Shown here in pieces: positions 17,911 through 28,717 of a stretch of 64,000 nt of DNA. Source of the stretch: a virus. Every line of letters begins with the position of its first letter. Position 1 is the stretch's first letter. The translations under genes and the position numbers were made by a program. The notes beneath the pieces were generated by a model. The model had not been told where the DNA came from and made no database searches. It worked only from the letters and a program-made list of their open reading frames with translations. The stretch is taken from IMG/VR virus record IMGVR_UViG_3300027870_000001, positions 1-64,000 of that record; one strand, 5' to 3'.

Positions 17911-19370
17911 GCGACCCCACCCCCGAGCAGGAAGTCGCGATCGACCTGTTCCGTGCCGAGCTGCCCCTCGTGGTCCAGGCCGGTGCCGGTACCGGCAAGA
18001 CGACCACCCTCCGCTCGATGGCCGCGACCGAGCCCACGTGGCGCGGCCAGTACATCGCCTTCAACCGGGCGATCGTCGAGGAGGCCAAGGCGAAGATGCC
18101 CCGCTGGGTCGCCGCCTCCACCGCGCACGGCCTCGCGTTCAAGGCCGTCGGCGCCCGCTACGCGCACCGTCTCCAGTCGCACCGGATGCGGTCGATGGAG
18201 ATCGCGAGGATGCTCAAGATCGACCCGATCTACATCAGCTACGGCGCCCAAACGAAGGTGCTCCAGCCGTCGACGCTCGCCGGCTACGTGATGAAGGCCG
18301 TCGGCCAGTTCTGCCAGACCGCCGACCCTCACCCGACCGGCCGGCACGTCCCGTACATCGACGGCATCGACCTCCCGACCCAGGACGGGCGCCGCACCTA
18401 CGGCAACAACGACGTGGTGCGGGCCACGCTCGAACCGAAGATCGCTCACGCCTGGGCCGACCTCCAGTCGACGACCGGGCAGCTCCCCTACAAGCACGAC
18501 CACTACCTCAAGTTGTGGCAGCTCAACAGCCCGCGGATCGCCGCCGACTACGTCCTGTTCGACGAGGGCCAGGACGCGAACCCGGTGATGCTCGACATCG
18601 TCCTCCAGCAGGCCGAGCACGGCGTCCAACTGGTGTGGGTGGGCGACTCCCAGCAGGCGATCTACGGGTTCACCGGCGCGGTCGACGCCCTCGACCGGGC
18701 GGCTGCCGCCGGGTCGATGACGTCGTTCCTCACCCAGTCGTTTCGGTTCGGGCCGGCGATCGCTGACCTGGCCAACGTGGTGCTCGACGACCTCGACGCC
18801 GAGCTGCGCCTCACGGGGCTCTCGTCGATCCCGTCGCAGGTCTGCCGGCTGGACCAGTCGGACGTGGTGCTGTGCCGCACGAACGCCGAGGCCGTCACCA
18901 CCGTCCTGAACACCCAGAAGGACGGGCGCACCGCGGCCCTGGTGGGCGGGGCCCGGGAGGTGATCACCTTCGCTGAGGCAGCCACCGAGTTGAAGGACAC
19001 GGGCCGCACCTGGCACCCGGATCTGATCTGTTTCGAGTCGTGGCTGGAGGTCCAGGAGTACGTCGAGCACGACGCGCAAGGCGGAGAGCTCAAGGCCCTC
19101 GTGGGCCTCGTGGACGACTTCGGTGCGGACGTCATCAAGCAGGCCCTGTCGAACAACCCGAACGAGGACGCGGCCGACGTCGTGGTGTCGACGGCGCACA
19201 AGGCGAAGGGCCGCGAGTGGGACACGGTCCGCTTGGCCGGCGACTTCCCGGACCTCGACGAACGCGACGGCGACACCGACGAGGAGAAGCGCCTCCTCTA
19301 CGTCGGAGTGACCCGGGCGAGGTTGAAGGTCGACGTGTCGTCGGTGCCGTTCTTCCAGACCCCCACCTGA
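17907..19370 (+). CDS. UvrD/Rep family SF1 helicase
   Basis: AGAGTGKTT, FDEGQD, VGDSQQAIYGF, STAHKAKGREW, LLYVGVTRA. Confidence 0.92.
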   Translation: MSDPTPEQEVAIDLFRAELPLVVQAGAGTGKTTTLRSMAATEPTWRGQYIAFNRAIVEEAKAKMPRWVAASTAHGLAFKAVGARYAHRLQSHRMRSMEIARMLKIDPIYISYGAQTKVLQPSTLAGYVMKAVGQFCQTADPHPTGRHVPYIDGIDLPTQDGRRTYGNNDVVRATLEPKIAHAWADLQSTTGQLPYKHDHYLKLWQLNSPRIAADYVLFDEGQDANPVMLDIVLQQAEHGVQLVWVGDSQQAIYGFTGAVDALDRAAAAGSMTSFLTQSFRFGPAIADLANVVLDDLDAELRLTGLSSIPSQVCRLDQSDVVLCRTNAEAVTTVLNTQKDGRTAALVGGAREVITFAEAATELKDTGRTWHPDLICFESWLEVQEYVEHDAQGGELKALVGLVDDFGADVIKQALSNNPNEDAADVVVSTAHKAKGREWDTVRLAGDFPDLDERDGDTDEEKRLLYVGVTRARLKVDVSSVPFFQTPT

Positions 19371-19386
19371 CCAGCGCGGTTCGCAT

Positions 19387-19409
19387 ACTGTCACCCGACG
19401 TGCTACAGT
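19387..19409 (+). promoter_or_regulatory. Dyad promoter element, leaderless ATG 19417
   Basis: ACTGTCACCCGACGTGCTACAGT. Confidence 0.85.
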
Positions 19410-19416
19410 GACGGGC

Positions 19417-21399
<1,983 letters not shown>

Positions 21400-21403
<4 letters not shown>

Positions 21404-22692
21404 TCCACGACTTGATCCAGCACCTCGCCCGCCCGATCGGTGACCTCCGCCCCCACCCGGAGAACCCCCGACGTGGTGACGTCGACGCCATCAAGGAGTC
21501 GCTGGAGGTGAACGGCCAGTACAAGCCGATCCTCGTGCAAGCGTCGACGATGTTCATCCTCGGCGGCAACCACACCTGGCTGGCAGCGAAGCGCCTCGGC
21601 TGGGACGAGATCGCCGCCGTGCTCCTCGACGTCGACGACGCAGAAGCGACCCGGATCCTCCTCGCTGACAACCGGCACGCCGACCTCGCGACCGACGACA
21701 CGAACGCTCTGACCGAGCTGCTCCAGACGCTCCCGTCGCTCGACGGCACCGGCTGGGGCCAGGACGACATGGACCGGATGCTCCGCGACCTCGCCCGGCC
21801 GCTCACCTACGACGACCCGCCCCCCGCCCCCGAAGGCATGGGGACCGGCACTCCACCCGACGGCGAGGGTGAGGAGCCCGGCGACCCGACCCCACCGGTC
21901 GCGATGATCGACGCCCCGGACTTCAAGGTCGAGCTCCAGCCCGGATCGCTCGCGGAGTGGGCCAAGGAGTTCAAGGGCAAGAAGGGCCAAGCGAAGCTCG
22001 CGGAGCTGCTCACCTGGCCCGACGGATCCGGTCCGCCGCGCCTGTCCCGCCCCGGTGACATCACCCGAGTCGGGACCGGGACCGGCGAAGGCGGCGTCGG
22101 GGAACAGGTCCCGCTCGACGAACTGAACCCGTACCCCCTCAACCCCCGCCAAGGCGACGTCGGCGCGATCTCCGAGTCGCTCGCAGCGAACGGCCAGTTC
22201 CGGCCGATCGTCGTGAACAAGGGCACCATCACCGGCGCCCCGAACGAGATCCTGGCCGGCAACCACACGTTCTTCGGGGCCCGCGCGATCGGCTGGCAGA
22301 CCATCGGGGTCACCTGGGTCGACGTCGACGCCACCGAAGCCGCCCGGATCCTCCTCGCTGACAACCGGACCGCCGAGCTGGGCTCCTACAACACGGACCT
22401 CCTGGTCCAGTCGCTCCAGTCGCTCGACTCGCTGGCCGGCACCGGGTTCGACTACGACGACCTCGACGACTTCCTCGCCGCCTCCTCCGACGTGGCCGGC
22501 GCCACGAGGAAGGGCAAGGCCCGGCTGCGGATCATCGACGAGGACTCCGCTACCGCCTACACCCTGTCGACCTTGTGGCCGCTCTACGACGGCTGGTATG
22601 CCGACCTCGAAGCTCGTGCGTCGCAGACGGGCACGAACCCGGCGGGGCTGGTGGCCGACCTGCTGTCGCTCACCTCGGCCCGAGCCCAGTGA
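21400..22692 (+). CDS. Protein with two tandem ParB N-terminal (ParBc) domains
   Basis: Two copies of NPR.GDV.AI.ESL..NGQ..PI...IL.GNHT...A.RILLADNR. Confidence 0.85.
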
Positions 22693-23309
22693 CCGAGCCG
22701 TCCACCGGTGAACTGATCCGTCGGGCGACGCGGATCTGGGCCGACGACCCGGGCACGGTCCAGGCCCGACGGGTGCTCCTCGCCCGCGCCATGGCCCCGT
22801 TCGGGCTCGCCCCGAGGATCCTTGACCTGATGGGGGTCGACGGCACCCCGTTCCTGCGTCGCCGTGGTGTCGAGGGGCTGGCCACCGGCCGCGGGATCCT
22901 CATCCACTGGATCCTGGCCCCGGACCCTGGCCTCGACCTCCACGACCACCCGTTCGAGTTCTGGACGTGGATCGTCAGGGGCGGGTACACCGAGGAGTGG
23001 ATGGACGGCCGGAATGCGTCGCTGATCGCTGGTGCGGTCGAGCACGTCACCGCGCTCGGTCACCCGCAGCCCCGTGGTCTGGTTCGCTCCTGGGCGAAGG
23101 GCTCCGTGCACCGGATGCCCCTGAACGTCACCCACCGGATCAGTCACGTCGAGCCGGGCACGATCACGGTCGTGTTCCGAGCCCGGAAGACCCGCGAGTG
23201 GGGGTTCTACCTCCCGACCGGCTGGGTCCACTGGCGCCGTTACGACTACCAGGCCCGCCGGCCGGGCATGGCATCGTCGTCGAAGCCTGAGGAGAACCAC
23301 CTCGCATGA
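22689..23309 (+). CDS. Cupin-like metal-binding protein
   Basis: LHDHPFEFWTWIVRGGYTEE...HRISHV...REWGF. Confidence 0.6.
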   Translation: MTEPSTGELIRRATRIWADDPGTVQARRVLLARAMAPFGLAPRILDLMGVDGTPFLRRRGVEGLATGRGILIHWILAPDPGLDLHDHPFEFWTWIVRGGYTEEWMDGRNASLIAGAVEHVTALGHPQPRGLVRSWAKGSVHRMPLNVTHRISHVEPGTITVVFRARKTREWGFYLPTGWVHWRRYDYQARRPGMASSSKPEENHLA

Positions 23310-23662
23310 CCGAGGCCGCGAAGGAGATGCTCCGCTGCGAGGACGAGCACCTGATGATCGTCGAACGGGCCCAGCTCAGGGTCCGTCTCGGTGAGACAGG
23401 CTGGTGGTTCGTCGACGGTGCCCCGTCGCTTGCGGAGTCGGCGGTGTCCCGGTGCCACCGGCTCCTCAAAGGTGACCGGTGGGAACGGTCGGTCAGAGTC
23501 GAGGTCGGGCTCGACGGTGAGGTGAAGCTGCGCCGCTACGTCGACGGTGACCGGGTGCGCGAGACGATCTGGACGGGGCACCTCCCGATCGACGAGATCA
23601 TCACCGCCACCGACGCCGCCCTGACGTGGGAACGCCCACCTGGGCTCCCATCCTCACCCTGA
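23306..23662 (+). CDS. Hypothetical protein
   Basis: ATGA coupling; SD GGAG. Confidence 0.55.
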   Translation: MTEAAKEMLRCEDEHLMIVERAQLRVRLGETGWWFVDGAPSLAESAVSRCHRLLKGDRWERSVRVEVGLDGEVKLRRYVDGDRVRETIWTGHLPIDEIITATDAALTWERPPGLPSSP

Positions 23663-23726
23663 CCCCTGCCAAGCTGTCCTGGACCATCTGAGCGTCCGAT
23701 CCCGCCACCCTGGAGGCCATCCCGTC

Positions 23727-24848
23727 ATGCCGAAGTTCGTGCGCTACTACCCGGACGGGGTCAACGTCCTCGACGAAGCCAAGGCCCGGCTCCGTCACGC
23801 CTACAAGAACTTCGACCATGTCGTGATCTCGTTCTCCGGGGGCAAGGACAGCTTGGCGCTCCTCGAACTGGCCCGTGAGATCGCCATCGACGAGCTCCAG
23901 GTCACCGACAAGGTCGAGGCGTGGTTCCGGGACGAGGAGGTGATCCCGAACATCGTCGCTGACTTCGTCGAGTCGATGAAGGATCTGCCATGGCTGGACC
24001 TCCACTGGTGGGCGGTGCCGCTCCGCTCGGTGAAGGCCGCGTTCGGGGTGACCGAGCGGTATATCCAATGGGACCCGGCCCGCGACCCAGCGAACGGTGG
24101 GGTCGGGTTCGTGCGTGACCTGCCACCGTGGGCGGTCACCCTCGACACCCTCGGTCTGCCGGCGGACACGGTCCTCTCCCAGTACACCGCCGACGCCGCG
24201 TTCGCTGACTCGCTCCTGGGCCGCGGGTCGATCGTCCAAGCGATCGGGATCCGCTGCACCGAGTCGCTCCTCCGCTACGCAGCGATCGTGAACGGCGGCT
24301 CCCGAGGCCGGCGCACCTGGCTGACCACCCCCGAACGGATGGGCAACCGGAAGCGCCTGGTGGCGATGGGCCGACCGATCTACGACTGGGCCGAGAACGA
24401 CGTGTTCCGCCTGTTCTACGAGCGCGGCGTCCGGTACTGCTCGATCTACGACACCCAGATGTGGCTGCGCCGCGAGATGCGCGTCGCCACCTCCCTGACG
24501 ACCCAGAACGCCAGGATGCTCGACCGGCTCCGCGTGACGGATCCTGCCCACTTCGAGCGTCTGGCCAAGGTGTTCCCCGAGGTCGAGTCGCTGGCCCGGT
24601 ACAACGCCGACTTCGACCACGACGCGCTGATCGACAGGATCGGCGTCGATTGGGAGACGCTCACCGCCTGGGTCGAGGAGCACCAGACCGGCGACCTGTA
24701 CGACAAGGCGATGGAGTTCATCCGCTATCACCGCAAGTGGGGCGAGGAAGGCAAGCCGGCGTTCCCGGTCCACGAGGCCGCGGCCCGCCTGGTCCGAGGC
24801 GATCACCAGCGTGGCGCCGGCACAGCGTCCGTCGGGGCCGGGGTCTGA
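23727..24848 (+). CDS. PAPS reductase / PP-loop family protein (IbrA-like)
   Basis: NVLDEAKARL, SFSGGKDS, F.DEE, GIRCTES..R, PIYDWAENDVF, MRVA. Confidence 0.85.
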   Translation: MPKFVRYYPDGVNVLDEAKARLRHAYKNFDHVVISFSGGKDSLALLELAREIAIDELQVTDKVEAWFRDEEVIPNIVADFVESMKDLPWLDLHWWAVPLRSVKAAFGVTERYIQWDPARDPANGGVGFVRDLPPWAVTLDTLGLPADTVLSQYTADAAFADSLLGRGSIVQAIGIRCTESLLRYAAIVNGGSRGRRTWLTTPERMGNRKRLVAMGRPIYDWAENDVFRLFYERGVRYCSIYDTQMWLRREMRVATSLTTQNARMLDRLRVTDPAHFERLAKVFPEVESLARYNADFDHDALIDRIGVDWETLTAWVEEHQTGDLYDKAMEFIRYHRKWGEEGKPAFPVHEAAARLVRGDHQRGAGTASVGAGV

Positions 24849-24860
24849 CCCACCCCGGCC

Positions 24861-24883
24861 GCTGTAGCACCATCGGCTACAGT
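24861..24883 (+). promoter_or_regulatory. Dyad promoter element with perfect CTGTAGC/GCTACAG arms, leaderless ATG 24891
   Basis: GCTGTAGCACCATCGGCTACAGT. Confidence 0.85.
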
Positions 24884-24890
24884 CACGGGC

Positions 24891-25493
24891 ATGGCCCGTA
24901 CCGCTCAAGCTGACCCCATCGACTCGATCACCTGGGTGGAAGCCACCTCGCTGCGCTCGAACGTCTACAACCCCAACCGGGTCCTGACCCCCGAGCTGCT
25001 CCTCCTCGAACGGTCGCTCCTCTCGACCGGCTGGATCCAACCGGTCCTCGCGAACCCTGACGGGGTGATCATCGACGGGTTCCACCGATGGCGTCTCACC
25101 CAGGACTCCCCAGCGATCGCGCAACGCTGGGCCGGCAAGCTGCCCGTCGCCACCCTCGACGTCGACGAACCGACAGCGATGGCGATCACGGTGCGGATCA
25201 ACCGGGCGAAGGGCCAGCACTCCGCCGCGCTCATGGCCGCGCTGGTCCAGGCCATCATCAACGACCACGGCTGGACCCCCGAACGGCTCGGCACCGAGAT
25301 CGGCGCCAACCCCACCGAGATCGACTTGCTCCTCACCGAAGGGGTGTTCGACCACAAGAACATCGACTCGTGGGCGTACTCCGCCGCCTGGTACCCGGTG
25401 CCGTCCGACTCGCCGGCTGCGGCGGACGGCCTGACGTCGTCGGCTCCGCTGCCGGTCGAACGCCCCGAAGACCCCGAGGAGGTCCCGGCATGA
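24891..25493 (+). CDS. ParB-like protein (IbrB-like)
   Basis: DPIDSITWV, NVYNPNRV..PEL.LL..S, IIDGFHRW, TVRINRAKG.H. Confidence 0.85.
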   Translation: MARTAQADPIDSITWVEATSLRSNVYNPNRVLTPELLLLERSLLSTGWIQPVLANPDGVIIDGFHRWRLTQDSPAIAQRWAGKLPVATLDVDEPTAMAITVRINRAKGQHSAALMAALVQAIINDHGWTPERLGTEIGANPTEIDLLLTEGVFDHKNIDSWAYSAAWYPVPSDSPAAADGLTSSAPLPVERPEDPEEVPA

Positions 25494-26056
25494 CCACCGA
25501 AGATCCGCCGCTCGACGCAGCCCGCCGGGCCTACGAGTTCGCCACCGCCCACTCGAACGGTCCGATCGGTGAACTCCAGCTCCCGTGGGATGCCCTGACA
25601 GACGAGGAGACAGCGGCGTGGGTGTGCCACGTCCGTGACCTCCGAGAGGACGCGATCGTGATCAACGGGCAGCGGTTCACGAACGCCGATGCCGAGGGCA
25701 TCCTGCGCGACATGGGGTTCACCCACCTGACCAACGGATCCTGGGTCACGCCACCGGCCCTCGGCTACCCCGCACCCGGGGCCAAGTCCGTCGTGCTCAC
25801 CGAGGCGAAAGCGGCAGAGCGGGCGGTCCGCGGCGGGCGTGGAGTCGAGCCGTGGGAGCACAGCTTGATCCGGGCGTGGGCGATCGTGATGACGGTCAGC
25901 GTCGTGTTCGCCATCGGCGCGGCGTGGGGGACTCGACGCACCCACGACCGGGCCGACACCCGCACGAGGACGGCGGTGTGCCAGGTGCTCGACGAGCTCG
26001 GCGCCGACCCTGCCACCCCCGCAGCGGTAGAGCCGTGCAAGGGCCTCCCCCGGTGA
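25490..26056 (+). CDS. Hypothetical membrane protein
   Basis: Coupled ORF; one hydrophobic helix. Confidence 0.55.
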   Translation: MTTEDPPLDAARRAYEFATAHSNGPIGELQLPWDALTDEETAAWVCHVRDLREDAIVINGQRFTNADAEGILRDMGFTHLTNGSWVTPPALGYPAPGAKSVVLTEAKAAERAVRGGRGVEPWEHSLIRAWAIVMTVSVVFAIGAAWGTRRTHDRADTRTRTAVCQVLDELGADPATPAAVEPCKGLPR

Positions 26057-26421
26057 GGCCCCACCCCCCGGCCCCGCAGACCACCGAGCCGCCGGTCCCT
26101 GGCGATGTCCGGTGGATCGCCGGCTTGGATCTGCGCTGCACGGTCGTCGCCACCGGTCTGACAGCACCGACGTACCCGGTCGGTGTGCCGGGCTGTGACG
26201 TGGTCGTCCACCACGACGACCGACCCGACGAGCACCGGGTCGTCCCGACCGACAGGCTGCTCACCACGGCGGAGATGGCGGCGTGGCTGCTGGTGATCGC
26301 CTCGTGGTGGGAGGAGATGCACGAGCGCCGCTCGATCGAGGCCCGCGAGGCCCTGGTGGCGATGCACTCGTGCCGTGCGAAGTCCGAAGTCCTGCAACCT
26401 GATGGAGCCACCCCAACATGA
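26053..26421 (+). CDS. Hypothetical protein
   Basis: GTGA coupling. Confidence 0.5.
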   Translation: MRPHPPAPQTTEPPVPGDVRWIAGLDLRCTVVATGLTAPTYPVGVPGCDVVVHHDDRPDEHRVVPTDRLLTTAEMAAWLLVIASWWEEMHERRSIEAREALVAMHSCRAKSEVLQPDGATPT

Positions 26422-27254
26422 CCCCCGAACGCCTTGACCAACTCGCCGCGTACCTCACCCGCTGCACCGACGCGATCTTCGGGGTGCCCCTGCGCCGCCA
26501 GGTCCGTGAGGGCAACGACCTGATCGACTCGCTGATCCACGACCTCGGTGCCCGCGACGTCGAGATCAAGCGGCTCCACCGTGCCCTCGGGGAACAGACG
26601 AGGGCGGTGAAGTCCTGGAGGAACCGGTGCCTGCGCGCCAAGAAGAACCTCGCCCTGGCCCGCGAGCACCGTGACCGGGTCCGGGCCGAAGGCCGAGCTG
26701 ACCGTGAGGCCCTGGCTGTGGCCAACCGCAAGGTCGCAGTGTTCGACATGCTGCTCGACGCCGGCCTGCTCGACCCTCGACGTCGTGACGTCGTCCTCCG
26801 AAGCGCCGTCGAGGCCCTCCGCCCGCTCCCTGGCCCGACCCAGCAATCAACGATCGCTGACGAGCTGACCGTCGGCGTCTATAGCGCGAGGCCGGTGACG
26901 GCGGTCCCGGTCGAGGAGATCATGGAGTCGCCTGGCCCAGCGACGGGTACCCCGATCACGCCCGACCCCGACAACGACGAGACGATCAAGGCGGAGCAGA
27001 CCGTCGGGTTGGGGCCGCTGGCCGGCTTGGGTCCGCTCCGCCCGATGGGAACAGCCGGTCACCTGGCCCAGGCTCTCGACGCCTACCGGTCGGGCCCAGC
27101 TCTCGACGTGTGCGCCAAGCCCGGGTGCGGACACCAGCGTCGCCTGCACCCGACGTCGTCCTCGGATCACGCCGCCGGGTTCTGCACCGGTCAAGGCCCG
27201 TGGTGGCGCCTCGGTGCCTGCGCCTGCCACGGGTTCGTGGAGCCGACGCCGTGA
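26418..27254 (+). CDS. Hypothetical protein (coiled coil, C-terminal Cys/His cluster)
   Basis: C...CGH...H...C...CAC..F. Confidence 0.6.
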   Translation: MTPERLDQLAAYLTRCTDAIFGVPLRRQVREGNDLIDSLIHDLGARDVEIKRLHRALGEQTRAVKSWRNRCLRAKKNLALAREHRDRVRAEGRADREALAVANRKVAVFDMLLDAGLLDPRRRDVVLRSAVEALRPLPGPTQQSTIADELTVGVYSARPVTAVPVEEIMESPGPATGTPITPDPDNDETIKAEQTVGLGPLAGLGPLRPMGTAGHLAQALDAYRSGPALDVCAKPGCGHQRRLHPTSSSDHAAGFCTGQGPWWRLGACACHGFVEPTP

Positions 27255-27390
27255 CGACCGACGAGGCGGTGGGTGAGATCGCCACGGTGACCAACGCCTG
27301 GGCGGACGAGGTGGTCACGGTCCCTGATGACCCGTCTGGGCGGTCGATGGCCAAGATCGCTGCGATCCTCCTCGCTGTCGAGGCCGACCG

Positions 27391-27918
27391 GTGAGCACCG
27401 AGTACGGGTACGCCACCACCGACGACGGCCGACTGGTGTGGCTGTCCCCGTCCCCGGACCTCGACCTGACGGTGTCCGAGGTGTCACCAGGGGAAGGGTG
27501 GATGCCAGCGACCCCGGAGCTGCTCACCGAGGCCGGGTTCGTCCAGACCGGCCCAGACACGTGGGCCCGGTACCCCGGGTTCATCCCACCACCGACACCC
27601 GAGCCGGGCCTTCCTGACGCCACACGGGCCGGCTGGGACGACATCTACGCCGCTGCCATGGCCGTCATCGCCCCCCACGGTGACCCGGCAACGATCGAGG
27701 CCCTCCCGAGGTGGTTGCTGATCCCAGCGATCAACGCCGCCGTCGACGCAGCAACCGCGCACCTCAGCTCGACCGTCGAGCACGGCGTCGACCTGGAGGA
27801 CGGCACCGGAGTCCGCGTCACCCCCGAGTCGTGGGTCGATAGCCACCTCAAGGCTGGCGGGGTTCCCCTGCCCCTCTACAAGCGCACCGTCACCCGCACC
27901 CCATGGGAACCAACGTGA
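27391..27918 (+). CDS. Hypothetical protein
   Basis: Coupled ORF. Confidence 0.55.
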   Translation: MSTEYGYATTDDGRLVWLSPSPDLDLTVSEVSPGEGWMPATPELLTEAGFVQTGPDTWARYPGFIPPPTPEPGLPDATRAGWDDIYAAAMAVIAPHGDPATIEALPRWLLIPAINAAVDAATAHLSSTVEHGVDLEDGTGVRVTPESWVDSHLKAGGVPLPLYKRTVTRTPWEPT

Positions 27919-27985
27919 CCCTCGTGGCCCGTACCATCCAAGGCGCCATCCTCGCCCTGGCCGTCCTCCTCCTGGACTGGATCCA

Positions 27986-28717
27986 ATGACCACCGAAACC
28001 CGAACCCCGAACGCCAACGAGTCGAACGTCGGCCGACAGTGGAAGCTCACCCGCCGCCGCCTCGACCGGATCCTCACCGCCGTCGCCGCCGGTGCCCCCA
28101 TGTCGAGCGCCGCGAAAGCAGCAGGCATCGGCACCTCCACGTTCTGGAAGTACCACGCCCTCGGCCTCACCCTCCTCGACAAGGCCATCGCAGACGGCGT
28201 CATCGACCCCGACCTCCTCGAACTCGCAGAGGAGAACGCCCAAGGGCTCGCAGACGCAGCCGCCAACGCCCAAGGCGAGAAGGCCGCACCGGTCAACCCG
28301 ACGAAGGTCCTCGGCCGCTACCTGTCCGACGCCGGCTGGCCCGAAATCGACTGTCTGTTCGTGGAATTGGTGGACGGAGTGGCCCGTGCCGAAGCGGAGG
28401 GCGAGCTGCGCCTCGTGACTCTCGTGTCCCGTCATGCGGAGAAGTCCTGGCAGGCCGGGATCGCGCTGCTGTCGCGGCGGTGGCCTGAGCGGTACCGGGA
28501 AGGTGTGGAGATCACGGGGGAGGGCGGCGGTCCGATCCACGTCGCGACGGATGCGGAGCTGGCCCGACAGTTGCGTGATGACCCGGAGGCGCGTCGGCTG
28601 TCGTCGGAGCTGTTGGCTCGGGTGACGCCGTCGGCCCCGGTCGGGACCCCGGCTATCGTCGACGACGACGACCCGGACGGCGAGGACGACGGTGACGCTG
28701 CTCCTCCCGGAGAGTGA
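27986..28717 (+). CDS. terS: Terminase small subunit
   Basis: N-terminal HTH (AAKAAGIGTSTF); WQAGIALLSRRWPERY..EITGEGGGPI; directly upstream of TerL. Confidence 0.75.
   Translation: MTTETRTPNANESNVGRQWKLTRRRLDRILTAVAAGAPMSSAAKAAGIGTSTFWKYHALGLTLLDKAIADGVIDPDLLELAEENAQGLADAAANAQGEKAAPVNPTKVLGRYLSDAGWPEIDCLFVELVDGVARAEAEGELRLVTLVSRHAEKSWQAGIALLSRRWPERYREGVEITGEGGGPIHVATDAELARQLRDDPEARRLSSELLARVTPSAPVGTPAIVDDDDPDGEDDGDAAPPGE

Noticed and set aside
23673-23696. Possible degenerate dyad copy before the IbrA-like gene
   Set aside because: CTGTC is present but the -10 position reads GAGCGT; too weak to count, and the gene has a normal SD
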